Source: Macrostomum lignano
Lineage: Eukaryota
Direction of reading: 5' to 3'
DNA: 64,000 nucleotides
Assembly: GCA_002269645.1 (NCBI GenBank)
Contig: NIVC01002864.1
Location: 1-64,000, forward strand
In this document: piece by piece, positions 24,124 to 36,517 of the stretch
Position numbering within the stretch: position 1 is the stretch's first letter
Layout of the letters: each line of letters opens with the position of its first letter
Made by a program: the position numbers and the translations under genes
The notes under the pieces: model-generated
Databases searched by the model: none
Told to the model about the DNA's origin: nothing
What the model saw: only the letters and a program-made list of their open reading frames with translations

Positions 24124-24624
24124 TGCAGACAGGCAGACAGACAAACAGACGGACACTGCGACAATCACAGAGACAAGCACTTGGACAGCCTCTCTGCTAG
24201 GCCAAAGTACACCACTTCTGATGCAGCAGCCGTTCCCAACCACCCGCAGGTGGTCCCCACCGAGCTGCACCGCCGCGGCCTGTCCGCAGCGGCTGGCGCC
24301 ACAGTTCGCAGCTTCCAGTACGCGGTGCAGGAGCTGGACAGAGTCATCGACCACGGCAGGGGCAGCCACGGATTGCCCGGCCTGTTTTTCAAATACGAAG
24401 TCAGCCCGCTGCAGGTGGTTGTCAAGGACGCCGGCCTGCCGCTTAGCAGCTTCCTCACTAACCTGGCGGCCATCACTGGGGGAGTGTTCGCCTGCTCAGC
24501 TCTGCTCTGCTACCTGGTGAATGCCGCCTGGGACCGCCTGTGCCGCGCCATGGCCGGTAGGGGATCCAGCCACCTGCCTGTGGTGACGGATGCTGGCATC
24601 AGATATGCGTCACCTTTGTCTTGA
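21490..24624 (+). CDS. ERGIC2: ER-Golgi intermediate compartment protein 2 (Erv41 family), exons 21490-21972, 22562-22783, 23576-23719, 24250-24624; 407 aa
   Basis: Motifs LDVFTK, INVDLVVASPC..IGMDVLD, ACRLRG...VNKVAGNLHLT, NFSHRIYHLSFG, INPLD, YQYFVQVVPT, GSHGLPGLFFKYE, LAAITGGVF. All phase-0 GT-AG introns. Confidence 0.93.
22040..22465. repeat. 24/25-bp minisatellite (gatattgatcccatagattaaatg)n in ERGIC2 intron 1
   Basis: Direct. Confidence 0.9.
22918..23095. repeat. ~55-bp x3 repeat in ERGIC2 intron 2
   Basis: Units contain ctatggggtt and tgggatcaatatcccc. Confidence 0.75.
23868..24150. repeat. (GACA)n microsatellite in ERGIC2 intron 3
   Basis: Direct. Confidence 0.95.
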
Positions 24625-24674
24625 GCACCTCGCTGCTGCGTTCTCTGTGATGCCTTGTTAACTACACAGATCCT

Positions 24675-25490
24675 ATAGTTGCTGGGCCTCCCCAGCCTCC
24701 CAGATCCTCAGGTGCTGGGCCAGCCTCCCAGATCCTCAGGTGCTGGGTCAGCCTCCCAGATCCTCCAGTTGCTGGGCTAGCCTCCCAGATCCTCAGTTGC
24801 TGGGGGCCAGTCTCCCAGGTTCCCAGTTGCTGGGCCACCAGCCTCCCAGATCCTTAGTTGCCGAGCCACCAGCCTCCCAGATCCCCAGTAGCTGGGCTAG
24901 CCTCCCAGATCCTCAGTTGCTGGGCCAGCCTCCCAGATCCTCAGGTGCTGGGCCAGCCTCCCAGATCCTCAGGTGCTGGGTCAGCCTCCCAGATCCTCCA
25001 GTTGCTGGGCTAGCCTCCCAGATCCTCAGTTGCTGGGGGCCAGTCTCCCAGATTCCCAGTTGCTGGGCCACCAGCCTCCCAGATCCTTAGTTGCCGAGCC
25101 ACCAGCCTCCCAGATCCCCAGTAGCTGGGCCAGCCTCCCAGATCCCCAGTAGCTGGGCCAGCCTCCCAGATCCTCAGAGCTGGGCCAGCCTCCCAGATCC
25201 CCAGTAGCTGGGCCAGCCTCCCAGATCCCCAGTAGCTGGGCCAGCCTCCCAGATCCCCAGTAGCTGGGCCAGCCTCCCAGATCCCCAGTAGCTGGGCCAG
25301 CCTCCCAGATCCCCAGTAGCTGGGCCGCCAGCCTCCCAGATCCTCAGTTGCTGAGCCAGCCTCCCAGATCCCCAGTAGCTGGGCCAGCCTCCCAGATCCC
25401 CAGTAGCTGGGCCGCCAGCCTCCCAGATCCTCAGTTGCTGAGCCAGCCTCCCAGATCCTCAGTTGCTGAGCCAGCCTCCCAGATCCTATA
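24675..25490. repeat. ~28-bp minisatellite (gctgggccagcctcccagatccccagta)n immediately 3' of the ERGIC2 stop
   Basis: Direct. Confidence 0.93.
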
Positions 25491-26199
25491 AGATGCAGAT
25501 GCAGATTAAATGAATCAAAGGATTCGATAAGCTATTGCCAAATCCAATAATCATTTCTATATAAGTTGCCTGTATTCAAGTTTAGATTTTGTTTACATTT
25601 TATGTGCGGTCAACTTTGTTTCAACAAAATAAATTTATAGTATTTTAATTGAATTATAACTAATGTGATGGACAATATTATTTACTGAATACTTCTTAAT
25701 ATAGCTTATTGTATTGTTGTAGTTTTAATTGTTATTTTAGCCGACCAATTTCAAATGCTCGTAATTATTGTCTGTAAGTTTTCTTCTTTTTGTTTATCTG
25801 TATCGGGTGCCGCCTTAACCTTGTCCGTCTGCTTGGCTGTTGTCATTAGTGGTTGGCTAATTTAATTTTTATTTACTTAAATTATGTAAGTTTTGCTTTG
25901 AATTGTACAAGTAAAGGCAGTATGGCAATTTATTAATGAAGCTATGAAGCTATTTTAAAAGTTTTATCGATTTCGTCTCTAGTCTGGGCTTTTTCTCTTT
26001 TTAATTATGCAGCTGTCCTATTATAGATAATGAGATTAGAAAGTGACAATATTTCATATAGTATGGTAACCTCCACACTGGTCATATGAATTTAATCTAT
26101 GCTCTGAGTTTAATAACGAAAAAGCAATTTTTTTCGTTCAAGCCACTTTTTTTGTTCTGCATGGCCGATGACTCGTCGGAGTTAAGATATGTTAGAGAG

Positions 26200-28315
26200 G
26201 ATCATTTAGTAGTTCTATTTAGGTTATTCACCTCTTAGACACGATCATTTAGTAGTTCTATTTAGGTTATTCACCTGTTAGACACGATCATTTAGTAGTT
26301 CTATTTAGGTTATTCACCTGTTAGACACGATCATTTAGGAGTTCTATTTAGGTAATTTACCTGTTAGACACGATCATTTAGTAGTTCTATTTAGGTAATT
26401 TACCTGTTAGACACGATCATTTAGGAGTTCTATTTAGGTAATTTACCTGTTAGACACGATCATTTAGGAGTTCTATTTAGGTAATTTACCTGTTAGACAC
26501 GATCATTTAGTAGTTCTATTTAGGTAATTTACCTGTTAGACACAAACATTTAGGAGTTCTATTTAGGTTATTCACCTGTTAGACACGATCATTTAGTAGT
26601 TCTATTTAGGTTATTCACCTGTTAGACACGATCATTTAGGAGTTCTATTTAGGTAATTCACCTGTTAGACACGATCATTTAGGAGTTCTATTTAGGTAAT
26701 TTACCTGTTAGACACGAACATTTAGGAGTTCTATTTAGGTAATTTACCTGTTAGACACGATCATTTAGGAGTTCTATTTAGGTAATTCACCTGTTAGACA
26801 CGATCATTTAGTAGTTCTATTTAGGTTATTCACCTGTTAGACACGATCATTTAGGAGTTCTATTTAGGTAATTCACCTGTTAGACACGATCATTTAGGAG
26901 TTCTATTTAGGTAATTCACCTGTTAGACACGATCATTTAGGAGTTCTATTTAGGTAATTTACCTGTTAGACACGATCATTTAGGAGTTCTATTTAGGTAA
27001 TTTACCTGTTAGACACGATCATTTAGGAGTTCTATTTAGGTAATTTACCTGTTAGACACGATCATTTAGTAGTTCTATTTAGGTAATTTACCTGTTAGAC
27101 ACGAACATTTAGGAGTTCTATTTAGGTTATTCACCTGTTAGACACGATCATTTAGTAGTTCTATTTAGGTTATTCACCTGTTAGACACGATCATTTAGTA
27201 GTTCTATTTAGGTTATTCACCTGTTAGACACGATCATTTAGTAGTTCTATTTAGGTTATTCACCTGTTAGACACGATCATTTAGGAGTTCTATTTAGGTT
27301 ATTCACCTGTTAGACACGATCATTTAGTAGTTCTATTTAGGTAATTCACCCTGTTAGACACGATCATTTAGTAGTTCTATTTAGGTAATTCACCTGTTAG
27401 ACACGAACATTTAGTAGTTCTATTTAGGTTATTCACCTGTTTAGACACGAACATTTAGTAGTTCTATTTAGGTTATTCACCTGTTAGACACGATCATTTA
27501 GTAGTTCTATTTAGGTTATTCACCTGTTAGACACGATCATTTAGTAGTTCTATTTAGGTTATTCACCTGTTAGACACGATCATTTAGTAGTTCTATTTAG
27601 GTTATTCACCTGTTAGACACGATCATTTAGGAGTTCTATTTTGGTTATTCACCTGTTAGTCACGATCATTTAGGAGTTCTATTTAGGTTATTCACCTGTT
27701 TAGACACGAACATTTAGTAGTTCTATTTAGGTTATTCACCTGTTAGACACGATCATTTAGTAGTTCTATTTAGGTTATTCACCTGTTAGACACGATCATT
27801 TAGTAGTTCTATTTAGGTTATTCACCTGTTAGACACGATCATTTAGTAGTTCTATTTAGGTTATTCACCTGTTAGACACGATCATTTAGGAGTTCTATTT
27901 TGGTTATTCACCTGTTAGTCACGATCATTTAGGAGTTCTATTTTGGTTATTCACCTGTTTAGACACGAACATTTAGGAGTTCTATTTAGGTTATTCACCT
28001 GTTAGACACGATCATTTAGTAGTTCTATTTAGGTAATTCACCTGTTAGACACGATCATTTAGTAGTTCTATTTAGGTTATTCACCTGTTAGACACGATCA
28101 TTTAGTAGTTCTATTTAGGTTATTCACCTGTTTAGACACGAACATGTAGGAGTTCTATTTAGGTAATTCACCTGTTAGACACGATCATTTAGTAGTTCTA
28201 TTTAGGTTATTCACCTGTTAGACACGATCATTTAGTAGTTCTATTTAGGTAATTCACCTGTTTAGACACGAACATGTAGGAGTTCTATTCTGATTGTTCA
28301 TCTGTTAGTCACGAA
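26200..28315. repeat. 43-bp minisatellite (gacacgatcatttagtagttctatttaggttattcacctgtta)n, ~48 copies
   Basis: Period 43 (gacacg at 26238, 26281). Confidence 0.97.
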
Positions 28316-28939
28316 ACTCTGAACTTTTAAAATCGATAAAAAATAAAAGCACATGTAGGCATGTTTTCCTGTTACAGACGTACAAATTTGAAAACTAATG
28401 GAAGCTACTAATGAAACCATTTGTACTTTTCTATTTAATACTCTGGCCTCTTGAGCAGCGGGACCCAGGTGGATTAGGCAGCTCTCAGAAGCTCCTTCAA
28501 TATCGATTTAGCGAGGCTGCTCTGCGGCTTTAGAAGCTCTGCAGAAATTAGACCAATTGAATAATTGGGAAATTAACCAGTTTCTTGCAGTTTGCTCGGA
28601 TCCTTCTCATCTTGCTATTGACCTGAGCACAGCTTGAAATCTATAGTCTTACAGTATTTCTTACTGTTCGGCCTTGAACTGAAAACTGGATCAGTTCCCA
28701 ACCCAACCGGACACACCCCTTCCTCCTGTGTGCGCTATTGACCTTTATATCACCTGACCTGAAAAGCTCTCCTCATGCTCTCATCCGCATTTAATTTAAT
28801 TTTAATCTAAGATACGTTTGCGAAAGTAACGGAGCTTTTGTCTATGGTAGCAAGGCTGGCACAGCGGCATTTCATTTGATCCAACAAGCACCAATTTGGT
28901 CCATAGCTTCATTTGCAACTGCTGCGGAGGAGCAAGATC

Positions 28940-29424
28940 AGCCCCAGAATTGTGGACCATATGCTAGGCAGTCGAACGAATGCCGTTTGGCTTGTGATCG
29001 AAGCACTGGACAGAGGTGAACACCCAAAGGACATTGCAAGGTTGCTGAATGTAAAAGAAAATATGGTTTACAGCATCCATCAGCGCGTTAAAATCACTGC
29101 CGGCAGAGATTTCCTGCGAAGGGGTGGCAATCGCCAAGGCAAGGTGCTCGAGAGCCTCAGGTCCAACTTGCGACGAATCCTTTGTTGACGTTGCAGAAAA
29201 TGCAGCAGAAGTTGAAGGAACTGTTCCAGTAGGTTATCAGATTTGGACTATCAGCAGAGCTCTGGAAAAGCGACTGAAAATTGTTGATAGAGACGCTGAC
29301 ATTCCAGCGGTACGCAACAACCCACGAAGGCGGTTGCGAGAAGGCAAGAGCCTTGGTACCATAGACAAAAGCTTCATTACATTGGCAAACGTACCTTGGA
29401 TTAAATTCAATGCGCGCAGGCCCA
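28940..29424 (+). pseudogene. Decayed Tc1/IS630-type transposase, N-terminal HTH region
   Basis: IEALDRGEHPKDIARLLNVKENMVYSI is HTH-like. Across frameshifts it continues NPLLTLQKMQQKLKELF / TISRALEKRLKI...RNNP and IDKSF (IDESGF-like first catalytic motif). Followed by the SINE insertion at 29425. Confidence 0.6.
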
Positions 29425-29799
29425 TTTTTTTTATTAGAGGCAGGGGGGTTGTGTGCACCCTGGCGCACTTTAAGCGACATAGGCACACAGCCGGCGAGAG
29501 GCATTACTGCCCATTCCGCCGACTCCCCTGAGCAGGCATACAAGCGCGCGGATACGTACGCAGGCACACACTCACACAGGAGTGTACAGCGGCCCTATTA
29601 TTAACTTTATATTATCGTTAGGCATGTACACTTTACTGCGCCTTGGGGGGGGGGGTTGGCTCTCAAGGCCGTTAATTGCACGAGCAGAGCCAAGCCGAGA
29701 TTCCAATTCAGGCCCAAATTAATGTGACTGCACTTGGAATCGAGCCTGGGTCGCTGGCACACCAGAGCCTGCGCTAGACCGCTGGGCTACGGCCCCCTT
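29425..29799 (-). mobile_element. Full-length tRNA-derived SINE family B (~375 bp) with 12-bp TSD and poly(A) tail
   Basis: Minus strand begins gggggccgTAGCCCAGCGGtctagcgc (A-box) with gGCTCGATTCC (B-box) and ends AATAAAAAAAA. TSD cgcgcaggccca at 29413-29424 and 29800-29811. Confidence 0.92.
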
Positions 29800-30574
29800 C
29801 GCGCAGGCCCAAATGTGCTGCATAAAGCTAAATTAAAATGATTGACCAGCTGATAGACACTGCATGGTCAAAAGACACTGGTCACTTGGATGAAGGCTGG
29901 CGACTTTTTTAAAATGTTGCTGAGTAAATTTCTGAAAGCTTCATGCAAGTTCAAACTTCCCCTTCTACCTCTACATGACTTTAAAACTACTGTTCTAATG
30001 CGAACTAGTTTTCTTAGGCATCTATGAATTTCAAAGATATAATCATCCCAAATGCTCTACATGGATGCTTTGCACCTGCTTATAAATCAAGTAGACTGCA
30101 GCTGTAGTTCTGTCTATCTTGCAGCCCTGTCATAAACGCAGTTCGTGCATCTCTTTAATTTGCGAAGATGAGTCGATGAGTCTATCGACGCTATTAATTC
30201 GCATTTGCATGTTAAATTATGGCTGTCATGATTTCTGTCTTTAATTCTAGGCAAATGGGTTGTCAACACGCAATTCGAGCATATCATTGAAAGAAAAATA
30301 GCCTTAAAGGGAAATCATCATTTGTGATGCTTTATTAGTGCATTTACACTCATAGCTTAACTGTGGTTTATTGTGTCTTTGTTGTTGATCTGTTCACAAA
30401 TAAAAAGCGTAATTAATTTGTTCATAAAACGATGCGAATAGATCCGCTAGATAATACTTTTACTCTACTTTACTTTAATAACCAGGAGCAGCTTATTAGT
30501 AACGTAGTCTGGATCTTTCTTGGAGTGACTGCTTGTCATGTTTTGGGTTGCCAGCTCATTTTTGGAGGTGCCAA

Positions 30575-30975
30575 AACTCCTTTTAAAAAGTTCACACGTG
30601 TTCATGGCTTGCTTTAAAGGGGTTCAAAGCTACTTCAAAATTTTTAAAGAGGTTTAAAGCTAAATCAAAGGGGTTCAGAGCTTCCTCAAAGGGGTTCAAA
30701 GCTACCTTAAAGGGGTTAAAAGCTACCTCAAAGGGGTTCAAAGCTACCTCAAATGGGTTCAAAGCTACCTCAAACGGGTTCAAAGCTACATCAAAGGGGT
30801 TCAGAGCTACCTCAAAGGGGTTCAAAGCGGTTCAAAGCTACTTCAAAGGGATCCAAAGCTACCCCAAATGGGTTCGAAGCTACTTTAAAGGGGTTCAAAG
30901 CTACATGTACTTCAAAGGAGTTCAAAGCTACTTTAGAGGTTCAAAGCTACCTCTAACGGGTTCAAAGCTACCTCA
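30575..30975. repeat. 21-bp minisatellite (ggggttcaaagctacctcaaa)n
   Basis: Direct. Confidence 0.92.
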
Positions 30976-31199
30976 AAGGAGTATCAAAAACTCCAGTGAG
31001 AGGCACCAAACCTGCCCTTGGCTATGCAACTTTAATCCAACGTTTTGTTTACACACATTACAAGTACATCTTTATTGTTTTATTTTGATTCTGCATATAG
31101 CAATACGAGTTCAGCTTGACGTATCTCAGCTGGCCAAATAGTTAGGCACCATTTTAGGCTGAGGCACCATTTTAGGCTGAATTGAAAAGAGCTGCAATC

Positions 31200-33626
31200 T
31201 CAGTGCAGATTGCCGTGGACGGAGTGGCAGTACTGGCACAGCCTCACGGCCTCGTTGTAGCCAAACTGCGGCAGCGAGGCCGACCAGCTGGAGCAGCTGT
31301 GGCAGAACAGACCGCCGCAGGCTCTGCAGTGGTGCCGTCGTCTTAGCAGCGTAAACTCAACCCTGCAGCCGCCGTTCGAGCAACGGGGCGAGCTACAGTC
31401 GGGGACCCATTCGGGGGCCTCTTTAGTCAGCATCGAGGCCAGCACTTTGTCGCGACACGGCTCGCACACCCGGACGGGGCTGTGGTGTCCCAGCAGCGGT
31501 AGTGGCATCTTATGCGTGGTGCAGTGGCTGCAGAATGTGCCACCGCAGGACCTGCAGTGGTGCCGGTGCTGCAGCAGGCTGAATTCCACTCCACAGTTCG
31601 CACTAGTGCACGAAGTAGAGGCGGAGTCTGGCAACACCACCGACGGCTCGATGCTGAAGCAGGAGGCCGCCACTGCAGCCTGCTCACCCTCGGCTTGAGG
31701 CTCAGAGCTGTACTTTGAGCACACGTAGGACATGAGGTACGTGCACTCGATCGGGTGGTTGGTCTGCAGCTGGTCGGCTGCGCTGGCTATGGCTCTGAAT
31801 AAGCGGTTGATTTCCGGATCCCTTGCGTCAGTCCTAAGGCAGAGCCGCTGAGCCACCTCTTTGCGTTTTTGCGGCTCCAGCCGGTGCAGAAGTTTCCTGG
31901 CTTCGTCCAGGCCTTCCCGGTGCTCGCGGAAGACTTTTCGAACCTTGCCGGATCCTTGATCAACCGTCGACTCGCTGATGTACAGCAGGACAGCCAGCCT
32001 AGGAAGTGTCGTCATGATTTCCGGTTCGCAAGTCGCAAAATCTTCTGGGTTTATGCAGTTTTGTTCCACTGCCCAGCTCGCTGCTCGGAGAAAAAGTTCA
32101 CTTAGTGCTTGAATGTCTAGCAGGGCCTCCACAATATCCGGGTTTGTGCCGTCGCATATCCAGGCCAGCTCGAACTTCGACAGGAATCGGTCGAACTTTT
32201 CGAGCTGCTGCAGTAGAGGGACATTGTGGATGGGGTCGCCGCCGTGGAAGCTCCTGCCGAATTCTTGACGGAGCATCTGGAACGTGTCCTCGGCCGCTTC
32301 GTTTACCTGCGGAAACGGTGGAAATGTTGCGTAGATCCACTCTGTGTCGCTGAGTTTCAACTACAGTAGGAATTATTTTGTGCAGGGGACCATAACTTTT
32401 TGAGACTGCATCTCTGATTGCACTTTAATTAAAGTTGAGAGTTGAAAGTCTGGAATTGACGAGATTGGTTAGCAGTGCGAAAAATCAAATTATATCCATA
32501 GTAGCTCGCTTCACTCTTCAAGTAAGCTACATGTGTTCCGATAGTGCCTCTGCATGATTCAGGAAGCCTTTTAAGGTATAATGAATTCACCTGAACATCC
32601 TTTTACTCGGAACGCCAAATCTGTCGGCTTTCTTTTGTGCGAGCGCTCAGAAGTTAATTGAAATATTGAATCCATTAGAATTGACCTCGTATCGACCTCT
32701 GTGCTCGCCAGCTGTTTTAACATTCGTCTACGTTTTACGTTTCTTGACATTGTACAGTGCGTGCGCATGTGTACGCATTAGCATTTCTTGGCAATGTGCG
32801 CTTCGGTCTATCTGTCCATGCGGTTACTATCAAATCTGACTGACCCCAAATGCACCGTTCCACTGTACAAATAAGCATGTATCTTAGATTCAGTAAAGTT
32901 TAGATTTCGACGTCATATTTAAAGTCATCTCTATTATTAGAATTTTCAAAAGCAGGATGAATTGGATGCATCATTAAATTAATTGAATTCCAATTTAAAG
33001 TAAGAAACTCTTGGAAACAGCGACACAGATGACTGCAGATACGAATAGGTCAACGATACAAATGCTGAACAACGCTAAACGTCGATGGCAGATATGTACT
33101 TTTACATTACACCGGCTGAACGTTGGTGTAATTTAAAAGTACAAATCTGTCATTGACGTCTCCGGGAAAGCTTACGAAAACGACTTGTAATTTCAGATAG
33201 ATTGACTTTTATAAAGTTTGACTGACTGACTGACTCAGATTGACTCACCTTAGCCGCCAATCCCTGATGCTCGTTCAAAAACCCGGGCGTCAACTGGCCT
33301 CGCAGGGCGACAATGGCAATCATGAAAGAGTTTCTCGGAAATTTGTTCAGTCCAATGGCTAAGTTGAGCACTATGCTGTCGATGTTCACCTTGAATTCTT
33401 CTGAGTACCTGTACCGGTAGTGCCTGGGCTGTCTCTTGTCGGGAATGAGCTCTTCCATCAGTTCGATCACTCGTTTCATCACTTTGTTGTGCCTTTTCTT
33501 CAGGCCGGAAAACTCCAGATACAGAGCGCAGAAACCCACTCGCATCTCCAGATTCAGCAGTTTGCGATCTGCTTTGCAAAACTTCATCAACAAGTTGTGA
33601 CGCCTCTGTCTGGGATTGATCGACAT
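31200..33626 (-). CDS. ZFYVE28: Lateral signaling target 2 (LST2/ZFYVE28)-like protein with two C-terminal FYVE domains; exons 33626-33249 and 32360-31200; 512 aa
   Basis: LST2-like segments LLMKFCKAD, MEELIPDKRQPRHY, FDRFLSKFELAWI, EPEIMTTLPRLAV, LFRAIASAADQLQTN. FYVE motifs HRHHCRSCG and WVPD...RRRHHCRACG. Phase-0 GT-AG intron. Confidence 0.85.
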
Positions 33627-34424
33627 TGTTTTGTCGTTTACCGCGAAATAGAGAAATTATCTCTGAGTCTCTATTAGAAAAACAGCGAGAGAAGAAGGAT
33701 ACTATATAGTAGTTTAAATAGAGCGGCCGGATTTTGTAGTGGCGCGAGATTTACAAAGTGGCCGTCCTCTCTGCCCCTGCATTTTGTACTCGCGCGCCGC
33801 CGAACTTGCCCCGCAAATTGTACAGCAGCTAGTGCAAGCAATTGTACAGCGCCGCAGTGAAACTAGGCACTTCGTAACAATTAACCCGCACGCTGTTACT
33901 AACGCAAGATTTCTGTTTCAATTTTTAAATTTAGATTTAAACTGCATGACTAATGCCCCAAGAAAGTGTTAGGTAGATAGCTAAGAGCCTAATGGACCAA
34001 TTCAGCGTTGCTATTTTCATATACATTTATTTAGAAGTCACTAATCTAAAAACTCTGCTTTACACACCGCGATTGGAAATCTCTGTGGGCGTGACTAAGT
34101 AGGACCTACATTAGACTAAAGTCTGACAAGTACTCGAACTAAAATTGTGGCGAGTTTGCAACGTTATTTATGCTGGCACACACGTTTGACTGTCTGCAGA
34201 CAGATTTTTCTTCCCTGTTTTCTTTGAGCTGTGCTTCTCCTGCTTGCTCTTCGGGCCACGTAGCGCCCGCTAACTTCCAACTGACTGCATAGATGGTGAA
34301 TGGCAATGCTCAAGTTTTGATTTATGCTATACTTATAGCTTTTTATTAGGAAAACGGGAAAAAAGCACAAATTAGTCCTTTGATTTGGGTTCATTTAAAA
34401 CTGAAGGAGTTCGACTGGGGTGGA

Positions 34425-34880
34425 TGTCGCTTTCAAATCACGTGACCAAAGCAGCGATTGTGGCGGATGTCACTACCGAATCACGTGACCAAAGCAGCGA
34501 TTGTGGCGGATGTCACTACCGAACCACGTGACCAAAGCAGCGATTGGCGTGGATGTCGCTACCGAATCACGTTGACCAAAGAAGCGATTGGAGTGGGTGT
34601 CGTTACCGAGTCACGTGACCAAAGCAGCGATTGGGGTGGATGTCGCTTCCGAATCACGTGACCAAAGCAGCGATTGGGGTGGATGTCGCTTCCGAATCAC
34701 GTGACCAAAGCAGCGATTGGGTTGGATGTCGCTTCCGAATCACGTGACCAAAGCAGCGATTCGGGTGGGTGTCGCTACCGAATCACGTGCCCAAAGCAGC
34801 TATTGTGGTGGGTGTCGCTACCGAATCACGTGCCCAAAGCAGCGATTGTGGTGGGTGTCGCTACCCGATTTACGTGACGA
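34425..34880. repeat. 43-bp minisatellite (aatcacgtgaccaaagcagcgattggggtggatgtcgcttccg)n, 11 copies, most with an E-box
   Basis: Direct. Confidence 0.93.
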
Positions 34881-35427
34881 TTGTGTTGGTGCTGTTGTAT
34901 TAGCTAGTATATTTAGAACTTCGGCTTCGATAGAACCTTCAGATACACCGAGTCTGAGAACATGCATTAGAACGGACATTACTTAGGCCATTCCGAGTAG
35001 GCCTAACCTTGCATCTTCCTCATACAAGGGTAGCAGCTCTCACAATACGCGATGTCACGCAATGTTTCAATAGCAAGCGAAATATTCTTCCAGTAATGAT
35101 TATTTTTTTCCTCTGCAGTGGACAGGCTCGTACACTCTGACCCGAGTAATCACGACTATCAAAGCGAGGCATCTGACAAAAGGTACTTCAGACTATGCGA
35201 TCAAATCGATATGTTTTTGTTTTTTTCTTTAGGTTTTGCTAATTAGCTTGGAGGATGTTTAATAGAATTCAGTAGCTTTGACATCTCATAACATTTTCTA
35301 TGGCGGCACATCAGCTGAGGTGTCAAATTTCTTTTGCATCGTAGGATTTGCAAAGAAACTAAAATATTTCGGCTAGAAAATCAATGGACGCACTACTTTT
35401 TGCTTACTTTTTACAGTATGGATAGCG

Positions 35428-36110
35428 GAGTGTCACCTGTTAGACACGAGTGTCACCAGTGAGACAGGATTGTCACATGTTAGACACACGTTTTAGCCTG
35501 TTATACAAAAATGGAACCTGTTAGACACAAATGGCATCTGTTAGACATAATTAGCACCTGTTAGACACGAGTGTCACCAGTGAGACAGGATTGTCACATG
35601 TTAGACACACGTTTTAGCCTGTTATACAAAAATGGAACCTTTTAGACACAAATGGCATCTGTTAGACATGAATAGCAACTGTTAGACACGAGTGTCACCT
35701 GTTAGACACAAGTTGTTGTCTGTTAGACACGAGTGTCACCTGTTAGACACGAGTTGCTGCCTGTTAGACACGAGTGTCACCTGTTAGACATTATTTGCAT
35801 CGCCTGTTAGACACGAATGGCACCTGTTAGACACGAGTGTCACCTGTTAGACACGAGTTGCTGCCTGTTAGACACGAGTGTCACCTGTTAGACATTATTT
35901 GCATCGCCTGTTAGACACGAATGGCACCTGTTATACACGAGTGGCACCTGTTATACACGAGTGGCACCTGTTAGACACGAGTGGCACCTGTTAGACACGA
36001 GTGGCACCTGTTAGACACGAGTGGCACCTGTTAGACACGAGTGGCACCTGTTAGACACGAGTGGACCTGTTAGACACGAGGGTCACCTGTTAGACATGAG
36101 TCTCATTTGT
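35428..36110. repeat. ~20-bp minisatellite with core cacctgttagacacga and variable linkers
   Basis: Direct; includes a ~130-bp internal duplication near 35440-35700. Confidence 0.88.
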
Positions 36111-36517
36111 TAAACAGCAATTATAGTCATTTTAGTACCAAACTATACATGTAAGTTTATCTTAGCTCAAAGCAGACAAATTCAAATATTCGCCAACTGC
36201 TTTCCAGACTGCATGCAATAAATAACAACTTCAACAGGCCCTTCGTTTCCTCTCTCAATTTGTAAAAAAATGTGCATGTTTGCCTATTCAAGCTTTCATG
36301 TTGGAAAATACATTTCATAAATGTACTAGTATGGGAGGGGTCTGATTTGATACATCCAAGACAATTACAATTTTAGACCACACACAGCAGCTGGAGACTG
36401 CAAAGCGTGAAGTTTATCGTTCCAATTTATTTAATCTCAGTTCGAATATCATTGTCGATTTGGCTTTTCAAGGTTCAAACAAAATCGCTAAATAGCTTTT
36501 GAGATCATGTGCTCGAG

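Noticed and set aside
29700-29799. tRNA gene (also 37150-37227)
   Set aside because: A/B boxes are present but there is no full cloverleaf; both continue into SINE bodies with tails.
32571-32768. Extra LST2 exon inside the intron
   Set aside because: Exons 33626-33249 and 32360-31200 already join in phase 0 with continuous LST2-like sequence, and this ORF has no similarity.
35119-35182. Isolated exon-like segment with a strong acceptor (tttttttcctctgcAG) and gtact donor
   Set aside because: No compatible upstream or downstream coding exon was found; it may be non-coding or chance.
26200-36110. CRISPR-like arrays (conserved core plus variable linkers)
   Set aside because: Linkers are short, recurrent and related to each other rather than unique spacers. 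There are no cas genes and the context is eukaryotic.
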